Part shown: positions 1 through 9,176 of the stretch, piece after piece
Numbering within the stretch: position 1 is the first letter of the stretch
Layout: each line of letters starts with the position of its first letter
Origin: an uncultured Candidatus Saccharibacteria bacterium
GTDB taxonomy: Bacteria; Patescibacteriota; Saccharimonadia; Saccharimonadales; CAIOMD01
Assembly (NCBI GenBank): GCA_963716565.1
Contig: OY970318.1
Coordinates: 256,830-320,829, forward strand
DNA: 64,000 nt
Reading direction: 5' to 3'
Notes under the pieces: generated by a model
What the model was told of the DNA's origin: nothing
Database searches by the model: none
Seen by the model: only the letters and a program-made list of their open reading frames with translations
Program-made: the position numbers and the translations under genes

Positions 1-568
1 TAATCCCGTTGGCTCCCAAGAAGGCCGTCAACTTGACTAGCTCTTGAGCACCAACCTCTGGCGGTACGCCAGCTGTGCCAGCCCCGTTAGGACCTAGGTA
101 GATGAAGTTGAGGCTGGAGTCCTTATCGAACGTATAGACACCGTTGCCATCCTTCTCGGGCCTATTTTCGCCCCATGGCATCGCCAAGCGGACAAACCCG
201 TACTTCACTTCCTGGTTGGCCGAAACGATAGCCTGGATTCCTTGGTCCAACCATAGATTGTACTCCCCGTTGCTCAGAGCATCGCGGATGTCCGTCAACT
301 TCTGCATGTAGCCTGCCGGGTCCAATTGATCGGCCTCCCATGCAGACTGCAGAGCAGGCATGTCGGCTTTGTACTGCTGCAACAGCGCGGCAACTTCTTG
401 CGTATAGCTCTGTGCAGCTGCCTTCTTCTCTGCATCGGTCACGATGACGTGGACGACGAAGGAGTAGATGAGGGCAACCAAGCTCCCCAACAGGATGAGC
501 CACAAGAAGGTTGTCCGTGCCATCTTCAGCACCTTGCGTACATTGCGCTTCTGTTTCTTATCAGCCAT
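1..568 (-). CDS. hypothetical membrane-anchored protein, 3' end cut by window edge
   Basis: Absent from the ORF track because it runs off the edge. The reverse frame from ATG (568-566) is open to position 2; I checked every codon and found no stop. Begins MADKKQKRNVRKVLKMARTTFLWLILLGSLVALIYSFVV (basic N-terminus plus one hydrophobic helix). AAAGG motif 6 nt upstream. Visibly more G+C-rich than its neighbours. Confidence 0.6.
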   Translation of the reverse strand, partial: MADKKQKRNVRKVLKMARTTFLWLILLGSLVALIYSFVVHVIVTDAEKKAAAQSYTQEVAALLQQYKADMPALQSAWEADQLDPAGYMQKLTDIRDALSNGEYNLWLDQGIQAIVSANQEVKYGFVRLAMPWGENRPEKDGNGVYTFDKDSSLNFIYLGPNGAGTAGVPPEVGAQELVKLTAFLGANGI

Positions 569-844
569 CACAGGCCTTTCTCTCTAGTTTGTCAATAATG
601 CTTGTCGGGCGTAAAACCTCCCGAACATGCTATGTTATTGTAGCATTATTAGAGCCTTTTGTCAACGTTCCACAAGATACAGCTCATAAATATCCATAAA
701 AATTGATGGGGTGCAGAAGGTAACTTCGTTGCGCCTGCAACGCATGCTCAAAACAAGTTTTTGCGCGTGCGTTTTGTCTTCGAACCTGCGATATGCGCCA
801 GCAAGCTGTCGCTCGCAGAACCAACCCCTTGTCTCGGCCAATTC

Positions 845-865
845 AAAAACCCGACTTTCGCCGGG
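845..865 (-). terminator. rho-independent terminator downstream of tRNA-Trp
   Basis: Minus strand reads CCCGGC-GAAA-GTCGGG followed by TTTTT, about 9 nt after the tRNA CCA end. Confidence 0.55.
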
Positions 866-874
866 TCCTTGAAT

Positions 875-950
875 TGGCAGGGGAGACAGGGGTCGAACCT
901 GCGACAACCGGTTTTGGAGACCGGTGCTCTACCAACTGAGCTACTCCCCT
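875..950 (-). tRNA. trnW: tRNA-Trp (anticodon CCA), CCA encoded
   Basis: Reverse complement is AGGGGAGTAGCTCAGTTGGTAGAGCACCGGTCTCCAAAACCGGTTGTCGCAGGTTCGACCCCTGTCTCCCCTGCCA. It has a 7-bp acceptor stem, anticodon stem CCGGT/ACCGG with loop CTCCAAA, T-loop GGTTCGA, and is 76 nt long. Confidence 0.92.
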
Positions 951-1010
951 AGATCTCGTTATAACTAATAAAGCTTATAACAGATAAGATTATATCACCA
1001 AAATTATTGC

Positions 1011-1280
1011 TTATCTAAGATGTTTGTTTATCCAGAGGGTTTTGATTTTTTGGAGGGCTAGGGTAGAGAGTAAGAAGGCAACAGGTGGCACTAGGGCGGT
1101 TAGCCATGGCTGGTTGGCATTAATCCAAACCGAATATAAGGCAATTATTAGGTAGGTGGCAACAAATATAATTGCTCGGCGGGTTTTGCTAACTTCCCAA
1201 GCTTTATCAGCCGTTACTTTTTGATTCCGCTTTTCAATGTCCTCAACTCGTTTTTCTAAATCAGTGCTATTCATAACCAT
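1011..1280 (-). CDS. small membrane protein (two predicted TM helices)
   Basis: 89-aa ORF. Charged N-terminal helix followed by two hydrophobic stretches (AIIFVATYLIIALYSVWI, WLTALVPPVAFLLSTLAL). Confidence 0.5.
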   Translation of the reverse strand: MVMNSTDLEKRVEDIEKRNQKVTADKAWEVSKTRRAIIFVATYLIIALYSVWINANQPWLTALVPPVAFLLSTLALQKIKTLWINKHLR

Positions 1281-1344
1281 ATATTAACAAAGTAGCACCT
1301 CAAAACTATATATTCTTTCACTAAATAATGGGATAATATCTGGC

Positions 1345-3207
1345 ATGAAAGAAGAAGAACTGCAGTTTGCCAGCATAGCAGCAATAAGGACGCTTTACGA
1401 TGCCGGTAATGATATGTTGGATGCGGTCTGTTCTGCAGTATTGCTTGTTTTTGAAGATGGTTTTACAATCCAAGACTTAGCAAAAAGCTATACTGCTGTA
1501 TATTCAGTCGATATGCCAATAGACATGCTTACGACTGTACTAAAACGACTAAGAAAAAAGGGGTTTGTTGAGTATGTATCTTTAAAAGAGCCATCCTCAA
1601 AGGTTTCGCTAACCAGCGAAGGATCAATAGAAAAAAATGTTTACGAAGAATCTGTTAAGGGCGTACAACGAGAATTTGGCAGTTTGATCAACGATTTTAA
1701 AAAACACCTAGAAAGAGAAAATGTCAACGTCGATAAAGCAGAAAAATTGTTGTTGTCATTTATCGACGAGAACCTGGGTCTCACTTCATCCGTAATATCA
1801 GGTAATGGTGGCAGGCCCAGTAACAATTCACCGGTAGCAGAATTTATTATTAAGATTGAAAAAAGCAGCCCTGATAAATTTGAAATTCTGCAAAGAATAT
1901 TTTTTGGCAGACTCTACTTGAATTTAATGAAGACCAGAACCGATTATTCTAGGGATGCATCGTTTGGCGAACTTGAGGTTATTTTTGATACTAACATTAT
2001 ATTTAATATTTTAGGGCTACATGGCAAAGACGCTAGAGAGAGGGCGTTGGAGTTACTGTCTGTTTTGGGCAGGAACAAACAAATAAAGCCGGTAGTATTG
2101 GACGTTACCATAGAAGAAGTAAAAAGAGTGTTGCGAGCGTACGAGACACAAAAAGGTGAATACTATGATCAATATGCCGTTGATTCCCTGTATCAGCAGA
2201 TTAAATCTCGAGGCTTTGATTCGCACAAGGTTGCCTTACTTATTGAAGAAGTACAGGAAGAACTAGAAAAATCTGGCGTATTGGTTAAATACACTACTAA
2301 TGAACTTATAAAAGAGGCTGAGAGTAACACAAAGTTGCTGAACAACATTTCCACTTGGGCTGAGTTGCTTGGTAATGACAAAAGAGAAAATGCCGTTATC
2401 CATGACGCTATAGTAATTAGTACATTAAGGATGTGCCGGGGCAAAATCAGTTCTGGGTTATTAGAGAAAAATAAAGCAGTCCTAATAAGTAACGATACAA
2501 GCTTAAAAGAATTGTCATTGGAAGACCTAAAGAAACACGGTGGAGTGCAATTGGTTTGGAGGCCTGTTGAAATAATATCTTACTTATGGGTAAGAGATAT
2601 CGGCAATGAAGAGATTGCTACCTCGGTTATCCGCCAGGGTATCATGGCTTATGCCCGAGAGAAAATGATTAATCATAATCTTTGGGAAAAATTTATAAGA
2701 GAGTTAAAAAAGGCCCGGAAAGAAGAGAAGCTTTCCGACAGCCAGATAGGGTATATACTAGCTGCCGAGGAGACTAGACAAATATTAGCAACGGAAAAAG
2801 AAAAAGGCATTGATAGATTGGTTTCTCAGTCTTATGTAAGTAAACTCGCGGAAGACACCAGCAAGTTAGCAAAAGGAAGTAGCAATTACCAAAAAGTAGT
2901 CAATCAGGCAAGACAAAAATCCAGATCTTTTGCAGTGATATTAGTTAGCGTGCTAGCAATAATAATCGTCTCAATTTTAACTGTTGGGCTCTTCTTTATC
3001 GTCCATGCTTTTGGTTGGAATAATTTGGAACCAATCATATGGGTTATTGGTAGTATGGCAATTATTATGGCAACATTAATATTCGGCAAGCCACCAGAAG
3101 GTAGCAAGAAGTTATTAGAATTACGCGAAAAGGTAATTACAAAAACCGAGAAAGCGATTTGTCGTAAATTAGCGAATTATCTAGATATTGTTGATTTAAA
3201 GAGCTAA
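1345..3207 (+). CDS. large hypothetical protein with a PIN-like central region and C-terminal TM helices
   Basis: 620-aa ORF. The acidic motif series FDTNIIFNIL / VTIEEVKRVL / IHDAIVISTL / LISNDTSL resembles the PIN nuclease D-E-D-D pattern. Two hydrophobic helices lie near the C-terminus (FAVILVSVLAIIIVSILTVGLFFIV, IIWVIGSMAIIMATLIF). TGGGATAAT -10 box 7 nt before the ATG. Confidence 0.75.
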   Translation: MKEEELQFASIAAIRTLYDAGNDMLDAVCSAVLLVFEDGFTIQDLAKSYTAVYSVDMPIDMLTTVLKRLRKKGFVEYVSLKEPSSKVSLTSEGSIEKNVYEESVKGVQREFGSLINDFKKHLERENVNVDKAEKLLLSFIDENLGLTSSVISGNGGRPSNNSPVAEFIIKIEKSSPDKFEILQRIFFGRLYLNLMKTRTDYSRDASFGELEVIFDTNIIFNILGLHGKDARERALELLSVLGRNKQIKPVVLDVTIEEVKRVLRAYETQKGEYYDQYAVDSLYQQIKSRGFDSHKVALLIEEVQEELEKSGVLVKYTTNELIKEAESNTKLLNNISTWAELLGNDKRENAVIHDAIVISTLRMCRGKISSGLLEKNKAVLISNDTSLKELSLEDLKKHGGVQLVWRPVEIISYLWVRDIGNEEIATSVIRQGIMAYAREKMINHNLWEKFIRELKKARKEEKLSDSQIGYILAAEETRQILATEKEKGIDRLVSQSYVSKLAEDTSKLAKGSSNYQKVVNQARQKSRSFAVILVSVLAIIIVSILTVGLFFIVHAFGWNNLEPIIWVIGSMAIIMATLIFGKPPEGSKKLLELREKVITKTEKAICRKLANYLDIVDLKS

Positions 3208-3313
3208 TTATATCTTTGTCAAAACGTTATCTGAGACATACTGCTATAGAGCCGTCCCGGCGACCAAACGCGAGGGACAATTACTCCCTTTAATAATCTG
3301 TTATTATTAACTT

Positions 3314-4003
3314 ATGAAAAGAATTGGAATTATTGGAGGTGTCGGGCCGCAAGCGACGGCATTTATATACCAGAAGGTAATGCTGTCAGCTCAAAAAAAT
3401 CACAATGCTAAAAACAATGATGATTATCCCGACTTACTGATAGCTTCTGTGCCTATCCCTGATTTTATATCCGATAAAAATAATCTTGCAGAAGCAAAAA
3501 GGATGCTCATAGAAGCCGCCCAAAACCTTGAACGCGCTGGCTGCCAGGCACTCTGTATTGGTAGTAACACAGTTCATATATTGCTTAACGAGCTCCAATC
3601 GCAAGTTAGCATTCCATTTATATCAATGGTTGAACTCGTCACCAACAAATGCAAAGAACTAGGCTACACAAAGACCGCCTTATTGGGTACTCCAGTGCTT
3701 TTAAGTTCAGGCCTATACGATGATGCTTTTAGCAAACAGGGCATAGAGCTACTTAAGCCGAACGAAAAACAGGTTGATGTATGCGATGCGGTTATACGGA
3801 GTGTAATTGCCGGCAGTGACAAGATACCCAATAAGCAAGAATACGTTGATGTTATTACTTCAATGTTCCAGCAGGGAGCTGACGCTATTATTCTAGGCTG
3901 TACAGAACTACCACTAGTTTTAGATTATGAAGTCCTTGGTAAACGAGTACTGAGTTCTGACGAAATTTTGGCAGACGGCATTACTGAATTTTGTTACAAG
4001 TAA
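3314..4003 (+). CDS. Asp/Glu racemase family protein
   Basis: N-terminal IGIIGGVGPQAT, central GSNTVH, C-terminal ILGCTELPL. These are the hallmark motifs of the aspartate racemase family; the first catalytic Cys position is Ser. Confidence 0.85.
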   Translation: MKRIGIIGGVGPQATAFIYQKVMLSAQKNHNAKNNDDYPDLLIASVPIPDFISDKNNLAEAKRMLIEAAQNLERAGCQALCIGSNTVHILLNELQSQVSIPFISMVELVTNKCKELGYTKTALLGTPVLLSSGLYDDAFSKQGIELLKPNEKQVDVCDAVIRSVIAGSDKIPNKQEYVDVITSMFQQGADAIILGCTELPLVLDYEVLGKRVLSSDEILADGITEFCYK

Positions 4004-4039
4004 GTATTGGTTCTTTTCCATCCAGGCACCACTATAGAT

Positions 4040-4075
4040 CTAATCAAACATGTCTTCGCCGAGGCGTTTTTTAAA
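4040..4075 (-). pseudogene. relic 3' end resembling the C-terminus of the helicase gene at 5205-6737
   Basis: Minus strand reads FKKRLGEDMFD-stop, compared with LKKHFGEDIFD-stop at the true helicase 3' end. 28 of 32 nt are identical (4044-4075 versus 5209-5240). Confidence 0.4.
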
Positions 4076-4093
4076 TTTTGTTATTATTAATCC

Positions 4094-5167
4094 ATGAAAG
4101 ACGAGCTAAATAGCCTAGGTTTTACCGATAGCCTAATAAACGAAGCCAAAAAATATAGCGGCTTGTATTTGGGCAGGGTTGTTTCGCAGTCAAAAGATTT
4201 ATATAAAGTAGCAACCGAAAATTCGGTTATTAACGCCGAGATATCTGGCAAGCTTCGCTATTCCTCTAACACTCTTTCAGATTACCCAGCAGTAGGCGAT
4301 TTTGTAATGATAGACAGAAAAGAAGGCTTGCACGGCAACGCTATTATCCACCACATTTTGCCTAGATATAGCTCGTTTGTAAGAAAGGCGGCCGGTACCT
4401 CTAACGAGTCCCAAGTTGTCGCCGCCAATATAGACACAGTTTTTATATGTATGTCTTTAAATAACGACTTTAATTTGCGTAGGCTAGAACGGTATTTATC
4501 AATCGCATGGGAAAGTGGAGCAGCACCTGTAATAGTGCTCACCAAATCAGACTTGTGCCAAGACCTGGCGGCTAGATTTGATGAAATAGAAACAGTAGCT
4601 ATTGGCGCTGATATTTTGGTTACTTCCAGCATGTCGGATGGTGGCTATGAAGCCATCCAAAAATACATCAAAACCGGCCAAACTGTGGCCTTTATAGGTT
4701 CGTCTGGCGTTGGTAAATCTACCTTAATTAACCGCTTACTCGGCAAAGATGTAATTGAGACTAAAGAGATCAGAAAAGACGATAAGGGCCGCCATGCTAC
4801 CACCAGGCGTGAACTGATTGTTATACCTACCGGCGGGGCAGTTATTGACACCCCCGGAATGCGCGAGCTTGGCTTAGAAAGCGTGAATTTATCTAAAACG
4901 TTTGCCGATATAGATGAATATTCAGCACTCTGTAAATTTAAAGATTGCCTGCACGAAAGCGAGCCAGGTTGCGCTGTAAAAAACGCCATAAAAGAGGGCT
5001 TGCTAACCGAAGCCCGACTAGATAGCTACCGAAAACTTAAAAAAGAAGCTAAATACGATGGCTTAAACTCCAAACAGATCGAAAAAGAAAAAATAAACGA
5101 CATGTATTCAGCCTTCGGCGGCCTAAAAAACGCCCGCAACTTTATAAACACCAGAAATAAACCATAA
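4094..5167 (+). CDS. rsgA: ribosome small-subunit biogenesis GTPase RsgA
   Basis: Circularly permuted GTPase motifs LTKSDL, GSSGVGKSTLINRL and DTPGMRE, plus the C-terminal zinc knuckle CKFKDCLHESEPGCAV. Confidence 0.93.
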   Translation: MKDELNSLGFTDSLINEAKKYSGLYLGRVVSQSKDLYKVATENSVINAEISGKLRYSSNTLSDYPAVGDFVMIDRKEGLHGNAIIHHILPRYSSFVRKAAGTSNESQVVAANIDTVFICMSLNNDFNLRRLERYLSIAWESGAAPVIVLTKSDLCQDLAARFDEIETVAIGADILVTSSMSDGGYEAIQKYIKTGQTVAFIGSSGVGKSTLINRLLGKDVIETKEIRKDDKGRHATTRRELIVIPTGGAVIDTPGMRELGLESVNLSKTFADIDEYSALCKFKDCLHESEPGCAVKNAIKEGLLTEARLDSYRKLKKEAKYDGLNSKQIEKEKINDMYSAFGGLKNARNFINTRNKP

Positions 5168-5204
5168 AGTTCGAAGCGTATTTACTAGAGACAGCTAATG
5201 TAGG

Positions 5205-6737
5205 CTAGTCAAAGATGTCTTCGCCGAAGTGTTTTTTGAGGCGGGCGATTATGGAGCCCTCTTGGCGGCCAAGCAGCTTGCTTAGCTGTTTTATACCTTT
5301 GCCATCACTAAATTGTATAACCAGTCTTTTGTCATCGGCTTCGGTCCAGGGCTTAAAAGCATTGGGGTAGGTTAGTCGCATTTTAGCTAACTTTTCATTC
5401 CAGCCACTTTTGGCCTTGGGTTTTACATCTATATCTTTAATAGGATCGTCGGCGTGCTCTAGGTAATCTTTAATAATAGCGGCAAACTCTTCTAGGGCAG
5501 TTTGGCTGCGCTCCCTTAAATTAGCATCTATTTGCATAGCTTCAGGGCTAACTCTTAATGCCATACTGTTTAGACCATCTAACTCTAAATGCTCAATGCT
5601 GCGCACTCGGCTAAGCGCCACATAGCCCATACCCTCAACAAAAGCTCGACTTAAATCTATACGAGCGGCATCTAAGGTCATGCCTTGGCTTTTGTGCACA
5701 GTTATGGCCCAAGCCAACCGCAGGGGCAGCTGCGTTAAAGAGGCTCTAAGTTTATCGCCGTCTATCAGCTCCCAAGTATCTGGCTTAATGGTTATTAATC
5801 GGCCATCGGTAACGCGAATTCGGGGATTATTAGTGGTAGGCTCGAAACCTTCTACCACACCCAAAGTACCGTTTACATACTTACGTTCGGTACTGTTTTT
5901 AATGCACATTACCCTAGCGCCAACTTTGAGCTCTAAAACTTCTGGGGCCAGACAAGAACGCTTTAGATTTTCTATATATTTTTTGCTACCAGTGGTAACC
6001 ATATCGTAGGTATTGCTCTCGTTTTCTATCTTATTTAGGTGGTGGTAGTTAATGCTATCTACGTCGGCATTGGTAGTTAATAATTTAGTTATGCTGGCGT
6101 CCGCTTCGCCTAGGTCTTGCCCCCTAGAATTAAGCAAATCTAGCTGCCCGCGAGTTAACCGGCCAGCCCTAATACCATTTAGAATATCGGCATATATTTG
6201 GTCGCTTTTATGGCGATGCTGCTCGCTTAAATAGCAAACCGTGAAAAGCTCGTTGCGCCAGGCCGCCGAAGAGGTTATAAAACCACCATGTTTGCTATCT
6301 GAGCGATTGATTGGCGGCAGCTGAAAGAAGTCGCCCGATAAGATAACCTGCAACCCACCAAAGGGTTTATCGTTTTCGCGCACTTGCCGGCAAACTTGCT
6401 CAATCATATCTAGCCTAAAATCGTGCAGCATGCTTATTTCGTCGATTACTAAGATATCGGCCTTATTTATTAGGTCATGACGTTGTTTACCCATCTTTGT
6501 AATATGGCCAGCAGGTAAAGTATCGTGAACGCCAATACCAGCCCACGAATGTATGGTTGTACCATGCAAATGCGTGGCTGCTAGGCCCGTCGTAGCCGTA
6601 ACGGCTATACTTTTACCGTTAGCTTTGGCACGGCGGATAAACTGGTTCAAAACATAAGTTTTGCCAGCACCGGCGGCACCGGTGAGCAATACTGATGCAC
6701 CAGCATGTAATATAGCTAAAGCTTCTTTTTGAGTCAC
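5205..6737 (-). CDS. Pif1/RecD-family ATP-dependent DNA helicase
   Basis: Walker A LTGAAGAGKTYVL, Walker B VIDEISML, and the SF1 motifs QLPPI and TVHKSQG. GTG start. Confidence 0.9.
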   Translation of the reverse strand: MTQKEALAILHAGASVLLTGAAGAGKTYVLNQFIRRAKANGKSIAVTATTGLAATHLHGTTIHSWAGIGVHDTLPAGHITKMGKQRHDLINKADILVIDEISMLHDFRLDMIEQVCRQVRENDKPFGGLQVILSGDFFQLPPINRSDSKHGGFITSSAAWRNELFTVCYLSEQHRHKSDQIYADILNGIRAGRLTRGQLDLLNSRGQDLGEADASITKLLTTNADVDSINYHHLNKIENESNTYDMVTTGSKKYIENLKRSCLAPEVLELKVGARVMCIKNSTERKYVNGTLGVVEGFEPTTNNPRIRVTDGRLITIKPDTWELIDGDKLRASLTQLPLRLAWAITVHKSQGMTLDAARIDLSRAFVEGMGYVALSRVRSIEHLELDGLNSMALRVSPEAMQIDANLRERSQTALEEFAAIIKDYLEHADDPIKDIDVKPKAKSGWNEKLAKMRLTYPNAFKPWTEADDKRLVIQFSDGKGIKQLSKLLGRQEGSIIARLKKHFGEDIFD

Positions 6738-6784
6738 GGCCGTTATATTGTAGCGGATTGCTAAAACTTAAGCAGAATTTTAAA

Positions 6785-7219
6785 TTATTTTAAGTTTATA
6801 TACGCTTCAATAACTTTATCTTCAGGAGCGACAATCGTAAATTTGCTGGCATCAGAGGAAACAATCCATTTAAAATCGTCATGCTCTTCACTAAGCTGGA
6901 CTTGTTCGCTTAATGCTTCACATACAAAATATATGGCAATAATCTGGTTGGGGCTACCCTTAATATTCGGCCACCATTCACCAACATAAATCGGTTCACC
7001 AACGTTTACTTCTAAGCCACACTCTTCTTTAACTTCACGCTTAAGCGCTTCCAGAAAAGGTTCCCCCAGATTGACTCGGCCACCTGCCAGCTGGTATTTG
7101 CCACCATTTGTACCTTCATCGTAACTACTGGCTTCACGCAAGAGCAATATTTTACCATTCTTGTTAATGATTAGGGCCTTTACGGCAATTCTTTGAGTTA
7201 CGGTTTGTTTACCGGGCAT
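6785..7219 (-). CDS. Nudix hydrolase
   Basis: Complete Nudix box GGRVNLGEPFLEALKREVKEECGL (GX5EX7REUXEEXGU). Confidence 0.9.
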   Translation of the reverse strand: MPGKQTVTQRIAVKALIINKNGKILLLREASSYDEGTNGGKYQLAGGRVNLGEPFLEALKREVKEECGLEVNVGEPIYVGEWWPNIKGSPNQIIAIYFVCEALSEQVQLSEEHDDFKWIVSSDASKFTIVAPEDKVIEAYINLK

Positions 7220-7223
7220 GTTC

Positions 7224-7706
7224 TTACACCTGGGCTAAAACAACAATGTAGTTATGACCATAGGCCTTGGCGCACTTAGGACAGGTAGTGTAGTAAAAGT
7301 AGAACTTTTTAGCGGTTTTACCTTGAGCAACCACGTATTCTTGAGCTTGTTTTAAGAATTTTGGCACTTGGCTGAATGGCCCATCAAAAACTCTGCACAT
7401 AAAGTTACCGCTAATTGTTACGTTTTCGGCATTGGGTACTTCTTTGGTGGTAGAAACGTATAGCTGGGACTTCCATGGCGATGGGTCGTAAGACAACATT
7501 AAAAAGTCCATGCCCGTGGCTTTGGCGTTAGCGGCATCTATTTTTTGCATCATGCCAGTAATAACTTTGCCATAACCAATAGGCATGTGCATTATTTGCT
7601 TTACTTCATCTTTTACAAACTTTTTGTCTTGCCATCTAAGAGTTTTGCCATCCCAAAGTTTTGGGTCAAAAATTGGGCAACAGCCAGTTTCTTTTATAGC
7701 ACTCAT
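7224..7706 (-). CDS. conserved hypothetical protein (Cys-containing)
   Basis: 160-aa ORF, 4 nt from the downstream Nudix gene (operon). N-terminal GCCP and C-terminal CPKC motifs. No family recognised. Confidence 0.65.
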   Translation of the reverse strand: MSAIKETGCCPIFDPKLWDGKTLRWQDKKFVKDEVKQIMHMPIGYGKVITGMMQKIDAANAKATGMDFLMLSYDPSPWKSQLYVSTTKEVPNAENVTISGNFMCRVFDGPFSQVPKFLKQAQEYVVAQGKTAKKFYFYYTTCPKCAKAYGHNYIVVLAQV

Positions 7707-7800
7707 TGTTTTTTCCTTTGCTTATAAACCTATTTTAGTACAACAAAGACACTATTAAATAATAGCTTTGATATAATCTGTGCATAAATCAGTTGCCTCT

Positions 7801-8418
7801 ATGGCCCAGTCCCAAGCAGAAATCACACTAAGCATTGTTGAATCAAAAGATCGCCGTACATTCAAAACACCGGATGTTGCCCCGTTTAAAAGAATAGTTG
7901 GTCTTAATGTTGGCTCCGACACCGAAACCTTACGTGATGCCGGCCGTATTGGCTACGATAGAAGCCGCATACAAATAGAAAAACTTGAAGTGCCAAAAGA
8001 ATTCGCCGCAAGGCTAGGCAGCTTCTTTCTAAAATACCTAGTGGAAGACCCCCGAGACAAGTGGGGACATCAACTTTACCCCCCTTATAATTGCCATCGC
8101 TTTGGCTACTGGATGACTGGCAGGCCAGACCCTAACTTAGAAGCTGCTCCGTCACCACCAAATGACATCGTTGAGCGGGGGACAGCGACTAAAGAGCCCC
8201 TAGCTTTAGGCAGTCTGGGAGTTTTAGGCCATAGGCAAGCCAACGCCGCCGAGGCTGTTGGTGTAGCAGTCCACAGCTTGATAGGTCTCGGAGAAGATAG
8301 GGAAGAATGCCTGCAAGTTATGTCCTTCCACGGATGCTTAGGCATAGACTCCTATGATAATATCCGTAACCATTACTTTAGAAATGACCAGCTATCCGAA
8401 ATCTATGTAGAGTTGTAA
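7801..8418 (+). CDS. hypothetical protein
   Basis: The track ORF starts at GTG 7780, only 2 nt after a TGATATAAT -10 box. ATG 7801 is therefore the more plausible start. Contains NCHRFGYW and HSLIGLG motifs, a possible Cys/His hydrolase (unverified). Confidence 0.5.
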   Translation: MAQSQAEITLSIVESKDRRTFKTPDVAPFKRIVGLNVGSDTETLRDAGRIGYDRSRIQIEKLEVPKEFAARLGSFFLKYLVEDPRDKWGHQLYPPYNCHRFGYWMTGRPDPNLEAAPSPPNDIVERGTATKEPLALGSLGVLGHRQANAAEAVGVAVHSLIGLGEDREECLQVMSFHGCLGIDSYDNIRNHYFRNDQLSEIYVEL

Positions 8419-8505
8419 TTTTTAACGCTTGTTATCTATACTAATACGGTCAACCCTTGCTAAGCTTTGAAAAATAATTTGTAATTGGTAAACTATACTC
8501 TAGAT

Positions 8506-9171
8506 ATGCAGAAGAGCAGGCTAAGCCAACCCATATTCATCTACATGTACGGACTGCCAGGTAGTGGCAAGTCTTTTGTTGCTAGGCAACTTAGCGAGCT
8601 ACTTGGGATAGCCCACATCAACAGTGAGCAAATTCGCCAAGAATTATTCGAAAAACCCCGCTATGATAGCGCCGAACAACGCATTGTTAAGCACATGATG
8701 CTATTTATGGCAGAGCAGTTCCTAAAAAACGGCACCAGTGTTATTTTCGATATTTCAGTCAACAGAATTAGCGAACGCAAAGTTTTAAGAGAATTCGCCA
8801 AAAAGTTAGACGTAAAAGACTTGCTAATTTGGGTACAGTTAGACCTCGATTCGGCTTGGGCCCGATGCGAAGCCAGAGACCGCCGTACTATTGATGATAA
8901 ATATTCCGAAGACCTAAGCAAAACCATGTTCGAATCGTTTATTCAAAATATGCAGAACCCTAACGAAGAAAGAGCCTTAGTATTAAGTGGCAAGCACCTA
9001 TTCAACAGTCAACGAACTTCCTTACTAAGACGACTTTACGAAATGAATGTACTGAGCGAAGAAAATTTAGATCAAAAAATTGCTAAGCCAGAGCTCGTTA
9101 ATTTGGTTTCTAGAGCTCAAGTTAATGCCGGCCGTGCAGATTACTCGAGACGCAACGTAATTGTCAGGTAG
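8506..9171 (+). CDS. P-loop kinase/ATPase (AAA_33/zeta-like fold)
   Basis: Walker A YGLPGSGKSF. TATACT -10 box 6 nt before ATG 8506; the track start at 8485 lies upstream of that promoter. Confidence 0.78.
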   Translation: MQKSRLSQPIFIYMYGLPGSGKSFVARQLSELLGIAHINSEQIRQELFEKPRYDSAEQRIVKHMMLFMAEQFLKNGTSVIFDISVNRISERKVLREFAKKLDVKDLLIWVQLDLDSAWARCEARDRRTIDDKYSEDLSKTMFESFIQNMQNPNEERALVLSGKHLFNSQRTSLLRRLYEMNVLSEENLDQKIAKPELVNLVSRAQVNAGRADYSRRNVIVR

Positions 9172-9176
9172 CTCTA

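Noticed and set aside
662-907. 81-aa minus-strand ORF
   Set aside because: Overlaps tRNA-Trp and its terminator, so it is not coding.
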